Part shown: positions 1-13,353 of the stretch, piece by piece
How positions within the stretch are numbered: position 1 is the stretch's first letter
How the letters are laid out: each line of letters opens with the position of its first letter
Assembly (NCBI RefSeq): GCF_001194135.2
Contig: NC_068983.1
Span: 157,515,007-157,579,006, forward strand
Direction of reading: 5' to 3'
Length of the DNA stretch: 64,000 nt
DNA from: Octopus bimaculoides
Lineage: Eukaryota
Position numbers and translations under genes: made by a program
Notes under the pieces: model-generated
What the model saw: only the letters and a program-made list of their open reading frames with translations
Told to the model about the DNA's origin: nothing
Database searches by the model: none

Positions 1-541
1 TCACTTTAGTAAGTATGTGTGAGTGTCCATACACACTGTTAATGCAGAGGTATGCTATCCCCAACTCTACCTTGGTACCTTTGTTATCAAAGTACCTTGA
101 TTTTACTGGATCCTGAAAAGTTTATAATATATATATTAAATATATACAGTGAAATTTAACTTGTGACAGAGTAAGACCAGTTGCTAAGCTCAGTAAGTCC
201 ATGTAAATGTTGCAAGGGTTCAGAAAGTCCCTGTACATGAATTAGTTTTGAGTGAGTCAAGTGTTACACACCACTGAACCCACTTTTCAGTGCAATCAGC
301 TATAACACCAGTGGTGCAACAGAGGTTGAGATAACCAGAAACAAACTGAGCTTTAGGTTTGTTTACCTTCTTCTCGAAAGACGTTCAAAGAAGAACTAGG
401 GGCCCTTCGTTCTCAGTGGTTCACATGCTAGTTAACCCATAGCTTGGATCCTGATCCATGTCGGAGTAGACCTGGGAATAATAATGGCTAAAAGGTGGTT
501 ACACACTCCTCAAAACTCTGGAACTCATGAACGAGAGCCCC

Positions 542-870
542 AGGTTTTGCTTTCATATCTGGAATTTCTTCTCTAACTTTACTATAAATTCAGTAAAAAG
601 AACTAGATAATCAGCAAGTAGGATTTCTCAAGAATCGTCAGCCTCAAGTTCCTCTATGAGGGCCTGTAAATTTATGATAAATTGAGAGGGTTGAGGACTG
701 TGCCTTGATAAACTTCTACCTTCATGCTAAAGTCATTATGACCATCACTTTACTGACATCACCTTTGTATATAGTTTGTACAGCTTTCAAAAGCCATTCA
801 CATACTGACATGCTGACAAATACTTAGTGGTTTACTCTTAATCAAAAATTTCTCTTGCAGTTACCTCATG
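542..870 (-). mobile_element. Decayed RTE-clade RT fragment, duplicate copy A
   Basis: Minus strand reads approximately EWLLKAVQTIYKGDVSKV..FSMKVEVYQGTVLNPL..LQALIEE..LLADYLVL, homologous to the RTE RT at 15.7 kb; near-identical to 14930..15259. Confidence 0.7.
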
Positions 871-1130
871 GCATGGTTTCTAAAGACGGATGCCCTTCCT
901 AATGCCAACCACTTTACAGAGTGTACTGGGTGCATTTTACATGGCACAAACACCACCAAGGTCACCAAGTACTTTGCAAGATAAGACCCCACAACCGGGG
1001 GGGTAAGTAGCATTGAGGGAGGTGGCTTTGTACCAGGTGATGAAAGGTTAGAGTGTGAGTAGAGGGACAGAAATAGATGTCTTGCATTAAAAGAGATACA
1101 TGGTTATGTTAGCTGGAAAAAGAGAAAGGA
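871..1130 (-). mobile_element. RTE-3'UTR-derived repeat fragment
   Basis: ggatgcccttcctaatgccaaccact...gagtgtactgggtgc core shared with many copies in the window. Confidence 0.6.
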
Positions 1131-1132
1131 CA

Positions 1133-1134
<2 letters not shown>

Positions 1135-1175
<41 letters not shown>
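1135..1175. repeat. (AG)n microsatellite; many others, e.g. (AAT)n 20019-20053, (TA)n 21691-21733, (CA)n 46538-46590, (TG)n 57748-57784
   Basis: Directly visible. Confidence 0.95.
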
Positions 1176-1178
<3 letters not shown>

Positions 1179-2675
1179 AGATGTGTCAGGGGGCATAGAT
1201 TCAAGTTACAGGGTAGTGTATATGACTGAAGTGAAACAGAGGATTAGATAGGTGGGTGGGCAGGTATCCAATCCTCTGTATGAAAGTGCAAAAGGAATGT
1301 AGTAGATAGGGGGAAGGAATATAGTATGAAAAGTGGAAATCTGTTTGTAGAAAATTTGCCTCAGTAAATTCCATCTGACCCATGTGAACATAGAAAAGTG
1401 AACATCTAAAACAATGATAATGTTGATGATGATGATAAGTTACAGAAAACAGTAATGAAATGGAATGATTTATACAATTCAATGAGTTACCATGGAGCAA
1501 AGGCTTAAAACTTTTTCCAATATTCTTCCAGCAATCAAAAACTGAGGGTTGTCAGTAACGATATGAATAAATTAGAATTTCTAATAGACCCATACTCTGA
1601 CACCAACCATAGAAACCAAAATCATACGAGAGTTTCAAAATATTAAAATTCTTGGCCTAGAGGATTAAGAATTTCCAGAGGGCATTTGCATAGGGAAGGG
1701 AACTGGCTACTTGGTACATCTTTGTTTTTACTCCAGAAACTTCTTGCCAATGTCTTTCTTATTGGCATTAATCACACTGACTGCTTCAATCTAGAAGGAC
1801 CTGCTGTGCAGTTATGGGTGTTGCCTATCTTTCTTATACTATATAATACAAAGATCTTAAAATTGTATTGAAGGCTATAGGCAGCACAGCACAAATCTTT
1901 TCCAGTTTTCTAAATTGTTGAAGTAACATGAAAGTCTTATCTTGACACAATCAACTAACATTTACTATGCTTTCTGACTTTCTTTTGAATATGATTCTTT
2001 TCTCTAATTTATCTTAATGAGATACTACACATTAAAATATTGCACACACTACCAGCGCTCAAGTTAGAATCTTTGGATTTGCTCATGTTTCATTCCTGAC
2101 AATTTGCTTTTCAGGCCTTTAATTTTATGGTATAAAAACAGTGGGCTTTTCTTTGTAAATACCAGACTCAAAATACAAAGAAGTCATGCAAGTAAGAGAG
2201 GTTATGCACTTTAACTGATCTGTCAAACACTGTTCTAACTATAAATGAAACTCAGTATAGCTTTTAACTTCGTTCTTACAGTAGTTATTTAAAATAACCC
2301 CTAAAATCTCATATACATCCTTGGACAAGATCATCTTGATGCCACTACACAGTGTATAACAGAATCTAACACTGCCAACCTACAATCAATATCTGATGCA
2401 AATGCAGTCCAAATCTTATAACACAAATACAAACGTGTATCACATCACTATCAACATTCTCCATGGTCAAGTATCAAAATTGTAAAATAAGGAAAGTATT
2501 AATTTATTTTCAAGTAGGATATCAAATCAACAATGAATCCTATGAATCCTCAGTGGTGACCTCAATTTCTCTGTCCTGGATGTTATTACAAACAACGCTC
2601 TCTGCATAAGCTGCATATACACAGCATCTAATGATCATTTATGGAAAAGAAGAAAAAAAAAATCAAAGTACATAG

Positions 2676-3034
2676 GTCCAAACATGGCTGTGTAGTAAGA
2701 AGCGTACTTTCCAACCACATGGTTCTGGGTTCAGTTCCAGTGATTTTTTCTGTAGTCTCAGGCCCAACCAAAGCCTTGTGAGTGGATTTGATAGACAGAA
2801 ACTGAAAGAAGCCTGTCATATATATGTATATATATATATCTGTGTGTGTGTGTGTGTGTGTGTGTCTGTGTTTGTCCCCCTATCACTGTTTGACAAACAG
2901 TGTGGGTGTGTTTCAATCCCCGTAACTTAACAGTTTGGCAAAAAAAGTGCTAAGGTCGACATATTCAACTATAAATTCGTCAAGGTGGTGCCCTGGCATG
3001 GCCACAGCCTAATGACTGAAGCAAGTAAAAGATA
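2676..3034 (+). mobile_element. tRNA-derived SINE, family with internal (TA/TG)n linker
   Basis: Head ggctgtgtagtaagaagc...ggttcagttcc; body gtttgtcccc...gtaacttaacagtttggcaaaa; tail gactgaagcaagtaaaag; related copies at 17950, 18955, 19405-19945, 35172, 49965. Confidence 0.75.
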
Positions 3035-3684
3035 GACTTAAAAAACACATAGAAAAGCAAGATAAAACAGATGTTCCCAAAGACAATATATCCAATTTCC
3101 TAGAAAATCCTAGACAGAGCAAACCAATATCCTCTCTTAGATAACTCATGTTCCAAACAAAATCAAAAGATATAGGCAAAATGGATTTTTGTTCTTTGCA
3201 CACAAGTAGACTTTTGTAATGTAGTGAAGGTAGCCCCTTAGCATATTTGCAGTTTGTAATTGCCGACAAACATTGGCTATATTTGTACCAAAACTCTGTT
3301 GAAGAAAGAATGGATTAAGTAATTTTAAAAGTTCTTAAAGTTCTTTACAAACCCTATCTATGAGACAGCTATTTATTATTACCGACTTATAACGGTATCA
3401 GTAGTTTCCTTCTATCAGTGTTACCGGATATTGTCAAAATCCTTATCAGCAGTATAATATAGATTAGATAAAAAGGAAAACAAATTTTTTAAAAAAGAGA
3501 ATTAAGAGAAATTTGTTTTCACAGTTACATTGCTGGAGTTATCTTCGTGGGAGGTTTTATTGTAGGTTGAGAAGGAACTGTATTAATGGTGGTTTGTCAT
3601 AGGCTGTGTTCAGCAAGACCGTTTTGTGTAGGGAATTTATGAGAAGGTTAATAATTGAAGATTGTTTTTTGTGTGGAGGAATAA

Positions 3685-5161
3685 TCTATATATATAAAAA
3701 TGAGAATGTGTGTCTGTCTGTCTGTCTGTCTGTGTGAATCCCTAAAACTCGAGAACTACGCAACCAATTCCATTCAAATTTTACAGATGCCTTACTTAGG
3801 GTTCCAGTTGTGTTTTAGTCAAAAAAAATTTTAACTTCTTGCAGAGTTCGAGCCCACGGCAACATAATATCTCCTCCACTATTTAAGTATTACGTGTCAA
3901 AAGTGAAACAAAAACACTCATGTCAAATACTTTCACTTTAAAAATGAACCTATTCCACTAACTGAAACAATCACATTTTGATACTGTAATGACAGATACT
4001 TTCAGAGAGAGAGAGAAAGAGAGAGAGAGAGAAAGAGAGAAAGAGAGAGAGAGAGAAAGAGAGANNNNNNNNNNNNNNNNNNNNNNNNNNNNNNNNNNNN
4101 NNNNNNNNNNNNNNNNNNNNNNNNNNNNNNNNNNNNNNNNNNNNNNNNNNNNNNNNNNNNNNNNNNNNNNNNNNNNNNNNNNNNNNNNNNNNNNNNNNNN
4201 NNNNNNNNNNNNNNNNNNNNNNNNNNNNNNNNNNNNNNNNNNNNNNNNNNNNNNNNNNNNNNNNNNNNNNNNNNNNNNNNNNNNNNNNNNNNNNNNNNNN
4301 NNNNNNNNNNNNNNNNNNNNNNNNNNNNNNNNNNNNNNNNNNNNNNNNNNNNNNNNNNNNNNNNNNNNNNNNNNNNNNNNNNNNNNNNNNNNNNNNNNNN
4401 NNNNNNNNNNNNNNNNNNNNNNNNNNNNNNNNNNNNNNNNNNNNNNNNNNNNNNNNNNNNNNNNNNNNNNNNNNNNNNNNNNNNNNNNNNNNNNNNNNNN
4501 NNNNNNNNNNNNNNNNNNNNNNNNNNNNNNNNNNNNNNNNNNNNNNNNNNNNNNNNNNNNNNNNNNNNNNNNNNNNNNNNNNNNNNNNNNNNNNNNNNNN
4601 NNNNNNNNNNNNNNNNNNNNNNNNNNNNNNNNNNNNNNNNNNNNNNNNNNNNNNNNNNNNNNNNNNNNNNNNNNNNNNNNNNNNNNNNNNNNNNNNNNNN
4701 NNNNNNNNNNNNNNNNNNNNNNNNNNNNNNNNNNNNNNNNNNNNNNNNNNNNNNNNNNNNNNNNNNNNNNNNNNNNNNNNNNNNNNNNNNNNNNNNNNNN
4801 NNNNNNNNNNTTTCTGCAATGTGGTGCATAAATTGTCAAGTAAATGAGACGCATCTTTGCCTCCAATGATTCACTTGCAAAGTGTTGAGTAAAATTATTT
4901 CGTTGCAGACCTCCTTTGAGTCTTTTTATTATCACTGCGACACACATAGTCCCCAGTTGGTAACATTGATTTCAAGGCCCTCCTAGATGAGAGACTGGCA
5001 TTCCACTTAATGTCTATGTTCCATGCTGGCATGGATTGGAGAGTTATTAATGTAGAAATATGGTATCGTAGCTACTAACAGTTGAGGGTTGCGTAGTCTA
5101 GACGGCGTTTTTAGATTTCATTATTCTCTTTAACCCGGGCAAAGCCGGGTATTTCTGCTAG
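3685..5161 (+). mobile_element. Non-autonomous Helitron-like element (spans the 4065-4810 gap)
   Basis: 5' a|TCtatatatataaaa followed by (GTCT)n; 3' hairpin cccgggcaaagccggg then CTAG|t; sits between A and T with no TSD. The two ends may not belong to one copy because of the gap. Confidence 0.55.
4065..4810. other. Assembly gap (others: 29078-29087, 32478-32829, 34800-35171, 37579-37588, 47370-47428, 48497-49176, 54765-54774, 58012-58021)
   Basis: Runs of N. Confidence 0.99.
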
Positions 5162-7720
5162 TTAATTATAATCCTATGATAAGGTTATTATTATTTTTAT
5201 TGTGTAGTTGTTACATAGGGGCTCCTCCTTTTGTTAATTTAGTGAGAGAAGTTATGTTGTACAGTTCTATATATAAATATACATTAAACGTGCTACTCCA
5301 GCATCAACAAAGAGGGTTCTTCAAATTCCACATGTAAATTAAATGAGATAAAGAGATCAATCCTTTAATAAAATACTTCGTGAAATGCAGATGAAAGATG
5401 CCCTCTTGGGTTAGAGAAATGGAGCAAACCTATTATCCTATTTATTTGTGTAACAAAGAGTGATTGTCCAGAACAAAAGTGTGGTTATCTACAGCAGAGG
5501 AAGCCTTTCCCCAACATTGGGATATATTTTAATCATTGTACTGTTTTGAGTTATGAATTTGTTTTGTAGTTTTTGTGATATTGTTCGTTGTTTTAAAACA
5601 AGTTGATGTGATCAGTGTTAACACTGATTGTAAGTTCCATCTTTCTACTCTGACTGACCAGTAGAAAGCACAGTTGAATTGGAAATGGGAAGAAACCAGT
5701 GGTTTGATAGTTAGCATGAACAGGCATCATTGGAACAATTGTCTATTTCAAGTTTAGTTCAATAGACATGCTTTCTCTCGTAGCTTCTGTTTATACAATC
5801 ATGTTAAAGCTGTTATTATGAAGACGAAGCAGTATCTTACTTGCAATGAGGTATACAAGGGTTATTTTATTTACTGGCACACCTCTGGAAACATGTTAAC
5901 CATCTCAAAAATCAAGATGCTATACATAAAGAAAATTATGTACAGGAGCTTATAGCTTGGCATCTGAAGAAATAATACCAATCTAGTCAAGAGTTTATCA
6001 CTGGTGGCCAAAATTTTACACATCTGCCTTTTATGAAAAAGCTTGGTCTCCTTGCTGTGAAAATTCTTCAGTAGTCACTTCACCGAGTCTGGATTCCCCC
6101 ACAATTTGTGTAGATATATGCTAAATGTTGCTAAGACATTTAAAGAAATACCTAGATGAAATATAGCTATCCAGGAGTCTTTAAGCAGCACATTGGTTTG
6201 ACTATGCTATAAAGTCAGAGTTAAGCCAATGATTACATTTCAAGTGTTGTTAGAAACCATTTTTGCTTTTACTGCTTTCTATAGAGGTTAGTGGAAAACA
6301 TGACTAATAGTTTGGTTCAGCAAAAAACTTTTCATAATTCTCAAGCTAATAGCCAATTTCTAGAAATCCTTAGCTCTGCTGGTTCAAGAAGACCTTAGAA
6401 GTATAGCTACATTGATCCAAAATGTAAAATAATCGGAGGTTAATCTGTTGGCTTATATCAAAGTTAAGGTGTTATGTAAGATGAGTTAAATTTTCAATCA
6501 AGTCTAATGGGAGCACTATTCTGCTGACTTTCAGTAGTAAAGATGGACAGTTTTTTCCCAATCAGTCTATGATCCCATGAATGGGTTTAATATCACTAAT
6601 TTCACTTTTCTTTCAAGTGAGTAGAATTGTTGTGAGAAGAGTGATAAGATTCTAAAATTTTCTCATGGACTGATATTAGATAATAGGAGTGTTAAACTAT
6701 TTATTCAAAATCTGTTTGTTGAAGTATTTGTTTTAATGCTTGGGCTAAGTACTTTACAATCAGGTCCCTGAACTTTGAACTATTTTATTATAAAAATTGA
6801 TAAAATTCTGTAGAAATGGAGAGATTGCATTGACATGAATAAGTATCCAAACTTTCAAACAATAATTCAATGTTCTTCTAGCTTTGAAGCATTTTGTTGT
6901 TATATTTCCATTAGAAACACTTGACTTGGCAGATATATCAGAGTCTGTAACTACTTTTGTTTTGCTTAAAGTTTGATCCCTCTGTACTTAGAATTATTAC
7001 ACCCCTATTTTGAGGATGTATTGCCTTTGACAAATAATTCAAATAAATTGCTGAGTCATTTTGCAAAATCTTTAGCTGTTTCAATTACAAACCTTTTTCC
7101 AATTTATCCAGTTAAAAGTGTGATACTGGATATTTTTAGTTAATCAAAACAAGAGAGCAACACACATAACTCTTGCAGGTTTTCCAAACTTAGTGGGATT
7201 GATCTTCAGTTTGATGCTCTGTAAGTTAATGTAAGTAGCATAAAGCTGGGCCGAGAGGGAATTTCAGAAGGTTGTATTTAGGAGAATGATAGGGAAAAGT
7301 CTATAGTGTGATTGGGAGTTGAAATACAGTAAAAACAATAAGAGAAGGAAAGATGAGTGTTTCAGCTGAGTGGAGGTAGTATGCAGTTTGTACAAATAGG
7401 AACAGAGATTGTAGTAGTAGTAGTAGTAATAGTAGAAGAGACAGAGAAAAAACAGTGAGTCTGGCCCAGTCATATTGGAGATTGATATATTCATAACATT
7501 AGCATGAGAGATCATCAAAGCTAGCAGTTGTAGCAAATATTTTTTAGGAGCTTTAATTGTATGTGGTTTGTGTGCAGAGGTGTGATATGTAAAGTAATAT
7601 ATTATTTTTGAAGGAAGTTTAGGGTTTCAGTTTATGGAGGTACTGCAAGTTTGGGGAGAAGAATTAGCTGGCATACAGATAACATATGTAAGAATGGTTG
7701 AAGAGTGAAGGATATTCTTT

Positions 7721-7726
7721 TTTATT
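7721..7726 (-). terminator. Candidate AK2 polyadenylation signal AATAAA
   Basis: Plus-strand tttatt, about 270 nt downstream of the stop; judged by position only. Confidence 0.35.
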
Positions 7727-7996
7727 TCACAATATTACTATAGCTCTCAGTTTAAGTTGTTGTGGTACCTTACAAATATTATTATCATTATTTCTGAATG
7801 AAGATGATCATAGTTGAAAACTAAAGCAAAAGAAAGTTTACTGTGGTAGAAACTTTGGAAGAGAAGAAACATACACATCTGTTTTGAATGGAGTGTGCAT
7901 TTATGTTGAATGACTAATTGCTGTATGAATTTATATAAAAAAAAAACAAAAAAACAATAAGCAATGATGTTTTTACCAGACAAAATTCAATCAATT

Positions 7997-8227
7997 TTAT
8001 TTATGGCTAAAAAACATAACTTTGTCTTTCGAAGTAGCTTTTGCAAAAGCTGCTCGAATGCAAGCAAATACAATTTTTGGTGGTTGAGAAGCATTGACAG
8101 CTTCATGGATACCTTGTTTACTGTAATATTCTACTAATGGACTGGTCTGTGAATGGTAACTCTCAAGACGCTTTTTTAGTGTTGCTTCATTATCATCAGC
8201 TCTTGTGATGAGAGATTCACCGGTTAC
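7997..8227 (-). CDS. AK2: Adenylate kinase 2, terminal exon 5
   Basis: ctctacccAG|[35 protein letters not shown]...[17 protein letters not shown]; 231 nt; joined CDS is 741 nt and open. Confidence 0.95.
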   Translation of the reverse strand, partial: VTGESLITRADDNEATLKKRLESYHSQTSPLVEYYSKQGIHEAVNASQPPKIVFACIRAAFAKATSKDKVMFFSHK

Positions 8228-9655
8228 CTGGGTAGAGAAAAAATACAATATTAATATTAGTTTATAAATTCAACACATTAAAATTTCTTAATTCCCTAAA
8301 CATGTTCAATGAAGATTAATAAAACTTATAACCCAGTTTAATGACAAAAAAATAATACATTATATTTGACAAGGAAACTTGAAAATTTGATAAGAATCTA
8401 TGCTAATATAAACAATCAAATCAACAGTCTCTTTGATAATGTACAGTAAATGTTTGGATAAACTAAAAAAAAACAAATCTTTATCATTATCATTGTTCAA
8501 ATATACACTTTCCCATGCTTGGATGAGTCAAACAGAATTCAGTGAGATAGATTTTTCTGTGGTGGGATGCCCTTCCTGTCACCAACCCTCACCTATTTCT
8601 AAAAAAGGTAATATTCCCCATTGCTGCACATGTTTACATGGAAAAGTGGAAACTCCTTTACAACTATCTCATGACATCAAGACACATACACACACAATGA
8701 GTTTCTTTCGGTTTCTAACTACCAAATCCACTTAAAAGGCTGAGGTCAGCCTGGGACTATAGTAGAAGACAGACTCAAGGTGCTAAACAGCTGGACTGAA
8801 CCTGCAGCCACATGGTTTGGAAGCCAACTCTTAAATCATGTGTTGTACAGCTGCCTGTATTACAAAGATAGATAAGATATTCTAACTAAAAAACATAGGA
8901 TGGAAAAGAAAATGTATCACAGTCTAGGAAACCTTTGATAATCAGGACATTTAAACAAAAATAGAGTGAACATATGTAAGAAATGTTTATAAGTAGAGAT
9001 TGATTAAAAGTATCTGGATTAAAGTACTAACGAGTACAAAATGTGTAAACAAATGGATCAAGAATGAAAACATTACTTGATTACATTAATCAAGCATTGA
9101 TGACACAACAAAAATTTGCACATAAACTGTAAGACAAATGATATTTCATTATTACTATCACGTATTATCGTATTGCCATTCATCATAATCGTTTCTTGAT
9201 TTAAGATAAATTAATAGGGAATTTAGAAATAACTGATGATGGAACTATTCTGATATGTGCGTTGTATTGTAATCTAAACTGGTGTAGTATTTGGATTTAG
9301 CAATGGAACTACATTGTCTTCACTGTCTCTTCTATAGAGTAAAGTAGTGGTAGTAGAATCTCATAAACAGTGGTCTAGCTACCTCCAGTTGTGTGACACA
9401 ATGAGAGATCTTTTATATTGCTGGTTGTCTTAATAGAAACAGCATCCCTCAAATTATATTTTACTATTTTTAAAAAAAGAATGTTGGACAATGTAGTCTT
9501 TGAAATGCAAAAAAAAAAATGAAATAGTCATAGCTGGAATGTTAGGAGTGTAATTTGAGAGAGATTTAGATGCTATTTTTAGCAGAATATTAATTGCAAT
9601 TTTTCATGGTTCTATAAAATATGATCAAAAATAAAATGATAATTAGAAAACTTAC

Positions 9656-9823
9656 ATCATCAATATTATCCACTTTAGGAGGATTAAATTTTACATGATA
9701 TGACCGCCCACTTGCAGGATGGATCCTTCTTCCTGTGATACGTTCGATCAATAAGGAGTCATCTATAGAAAACTCAATCACAGAATCTAATGCAGTTTTC
9801 CGCTTTGTCAGTAAATTATCAAG
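9656..9823 (-). CDS. AK2: Adenylate kinase 2, exon 4 (start of LID domain)
   Basis: ttttcAG|[56 protein letters not shown]|GTAAGT; 168 nt. Confidence 0.95.
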
Positions 9824-12392
9824 CTGAAAAATAAAATTAAAAAATAAAGTTACATCTGTCTCAATAATTTTAAATGAATTTTAGGAGTTTCTTTGATTAT
9901 TTGTTTAGAGCAATTTAGTTATTCTGTTGTTTTTAGTCTTTTGGCTTGATACTTAGAAATAGTAGGGAAGCAAAAAGTTCATTAGACTGAGAAGAAATAA
10001 TAATGTCCTTAGCACTTTAAACTTGCTGGCTTGGAATTCCAGGGCCACAACTGTTTGACTACATCTCACCAGTCTGGTATTCCATTATGCCACTACTTCT
10101 GTTTGCTACTATGATTTACATGAACTTCCTGCACCAATCAGCAACTGTTTCACATTGAAAGACACTGTTGTGATTTTTACTAAAGTTTATGAGAGATCTG
10201 AGTGACAGATTTGATTTTAGTGATAACAAGGGGTTCTCAACGCCTCTGATTATAACCACAAAAGTAATTTCAAAAGCAAATATGATATGGTAGATGGTGA
10301 TAACAAGCCACAAGATGTTCCTATACAAAATTTACAGCCAGCTCATGATAGGAAAGCGAAGGGACCTGCTCAAAGGTGGGGAGAAAGAGGCATTGTGATG
10401 TTACTAATGCTTACCTTTGGGTTAGTAATACTGACGGTTCTTTTCTGATGATGATTTCAACTCTACTGAACATCCCAGGCTTAGAAATATCCTAGGCAAC
10501 CTTACTGCAAGGTCAGATAATGTGGATTGGCTTGTTGTTCTAAATGCATACATTGTGGCCACTGTTAGTTGCTACTGGTGTCAAAGCAGCTAAGCCTAAT
10601 AATTATCATGTAAAGAACTTTAATTTAGTAACTGTGGTGAAGATGAAGCCTATATTGATCGCAGAATTGCAATAGAAATCTAGCACTTAAAACAGATTAT
10701 GATCAATGCTGGTGACAAAAAATTAACTTCATCATCACTTCAGGTTTCAATAAAATATTTGTCAGAGACTGATTCATGACCATCTGAAGTTTTCTGCACT
10801 GTGTAAATGAAGATGAACCAACTGTTGATAAAGATAATAAAATCTATAAATCTAGACCTGTGTTCAATTACATTTTGGAAAAGTTCAATCATTATTACAC
10901 ACCAAAATAGAATCTCTTACTTGATAAGGGAATGACCCTCACAAAAATTTCTCAGTCAGTAAGACAATAACAAACCCATCCACTGGGACATAAAAATCAT
11001 ATCTTGTTTGTGATAGTGAGAATGGGTAAATATGTAATGCTGAAATACACATTTGTAGGGTAGTCAATGCAAAAGAAGGGGATAATCTTGGAGTGACTGG
11101 GAACTTTGTCTGCCTACTCAAAGCATTTCATTATCAAGATTAACATATGTATTAGGACAGATATCAATTTGGAATTGAACTAATCCAGTATTTGGACAGG
11201 TGCCACAGCATTACATTGACACCAATCAAACCAACAAAGGCTAATTTTCCCCAAAATATAATAAAGGCAAAGGCTCAAATAACAGAGAGATGGAGGGGCC
11301 AATTGAGGTACCTCATCATCTCTCTGTTCTTTAGTTCTCCACTCACAAGTGTATCACAATATGATGCTAAGAAGAGTGCCAGTTCTATGCCCAAAACTCA
11401 TTACTGCATACAGTAGGTACCTAGAAGGAACAGACAAGAATGATCAGATGACTAGTAAATATCACTACAAGTGGCTTCACAGGATGATGGCATGAGGACA
11501 CTTACATTTTTGTTGTATACTTGAGTATATATGTAACAATTTTGTTGAGTATTTTAATCACCAACACCTGTTGACAACACCTTCACCACTGTTAAGGATG
11601 TTGGCCTGCATTCAGTAGAGAGAACCACCATACCAATACAAACAGCTTATATGTTGTCAGCTCAGAGGCCAAATGCAGAATACAAGGATTTTCCAAAGAA
11701 GGAAAAGAATCCTGATATATTATATCAGGATTATTATATCCATTGGCAATGGATATAAATCTGTTGGAAAGGAATACTGGATGTAATTAAAGAGAGAAGA
11801 TGAAAGGAGTAAGAGAAGAGATGTCTAATTACAAATGAGACATAGCTTATTTAATTTATTAACATTTTCTAAGGTTTAATTGATGAATGTCAGTTTTTCA
11901 GGGATTTTCATGTCAACGCTCAGGAATGGAAATCACACTCAACAGAGGGTCAGGAACCAAAGAGTTACTCATCTTAGACTAAGGCATTCTATTACTTAAC
12001 CAAGAAAGCAAATAGGATATCAGCTGCTGCAGGTTGTTGGGTACAAAAAAAATTCTTCAGTGTGTGTGTGTGTGTGTGTGTGTATAGAAAGAGAATAAGA
12101 AGGAAGATAAAAAGTAAAGAGAATAGTAAAGCAAAGGAGATAAAAGAATAGAAGGGAAAGATGAAGTGAAAAAGAGATGTAGATCACTGTGGAGTAATTG
12201 TTATTTTCTATTAACGCTTAATTGTTCACACAAATTTGAATGGTCAACATCAATGAAACTAGAGAAAATGAAAAGTGTTAGAATGGACTGAGGCAGGGAA
12301 ATATTAGGTGAAATGAATGTTCTCTAATATAGATAGCAATAATGATGACAAAAGGAGGTGATGAGGAGTTGAAGAAATTACATAGACATGTA

Positions 12393-12567
12393 TACACTCT
12401 CTGAGTGGTTGGCGTTAGGAAGGGCATCCAGCTGTAGAAACTCTGCCAAATTTAGATTAGAGCCTGGTGTTGCCATCCGGTTTCACCAGTCCTCAGTCAA
12501 ATCGTCCAACCCATGCTAGCATGGAAAGCAGACGTTAAACGACGATGATGATGATGATGATGATGAT
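12393..12567 (+). mobile_element. RTE-tail SINE/LINE 3' end with (GAT)n tail
   Basis: gagtggttggcgttaggaagggcatccagctgtagaaac...ccatgctagcatggaaagc.gacgttaaacgacgat(gat)n. Confidence 0.8.
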
Positions 12568-12713
12568 GTATACAACATTAACCCTCCAACTCACTATCAC
12601 TTCTAAAATATTTCCTGCCTCTAGCACACTATAGCTGCTGAGACAACAAAGGTACGGCTAAATAGTGGCCTGCTAAGAACAGAAGTTTTAAGTTTCCTCA
12701 AATCACACCTAAA

Positions 12714-12926
12714 CCCTTCAGCAGTCAGGTTACTTTATCAAATGTAATGATTATTTATTCACAAAGTTTTAAATTAATCATGTATTATCATGTAGCTTTT
12801 AGATTTTAATGATGTCATTGTTTAGTTTTAGGATGAAAATTGCAGAGTAAATATGAGAGACCAAATCTGCCTTGTTTGAACATAAAGCATATAGTATATT
12901 TGGGCCTGATATAGTTGGTTTAAAGG
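12714..12926. mobile_element. piggyBac-like MITE, degenerate
   Basis: taaaCCCTTcagc ... tttaAAGGGttaa; internal similarity to 61205..61381 in opposite orientation. Confidence 0.5.
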
Positions 12927-13162
12927 GTTAAAGGAAGGATGTGTTGGACAATGTAATCCTGGTTATAAAAAACTGGAATGGCCTACTCAATCATAGGGTT
13001 AAACAACAACAATATTACAACTAAAAATTATAATCATTATAAATCATTATAATTATCAACATCATCATCAGAAAAAAAAAAAACGGAGGAACTGTGAATA
13101 AACAGAACAGACACAAAAAACAATATACATAATTTAGATAACTAAAAAGAAAAAATGCTTAC

Positions 13163-13353
13163 TGCTTCTGCTTGGCTAACATTCCTTGGAAATCCATCAA
13201 GCAAAAATCCATTTGCACATGCTTCTTTATCCAAATTCTGACTGATTATTTCAATGACTAAATCATCACTAACTAGTTTTCCCTCATTAATTACAGTTTT
13301 AATTTGTTCTCCAAGCTTTGATCCAGAGGCCACCATAGCACGTAACATATCCC
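13163..13353 (-). CDS. AK2: Adenylate kinase 2, exon 3 (NMP-binding region)
   Basis: tttttAG|GG GAT ATG ... [33 protein letters not shown]...[16 protein letters not shown]|GTAAGC; 191 nt. Confidence 0.95.

Noticed and set aside
3040-3620. Possible Penelope GIY-YIG relic on the minus strand, and a hydrophobic YIAGVIFVGGFIV pseudo-exon on the plus strand
   Set aside because: Only scattered weak motif matches with many stops; neither reading can be supported without a search
3958-4947. Long ORFs spanning N runs (also 32363-32842, 34578-35399, 48366-49388)
   Set aside because: Artefacts of translating assembly gaps and microsatellites
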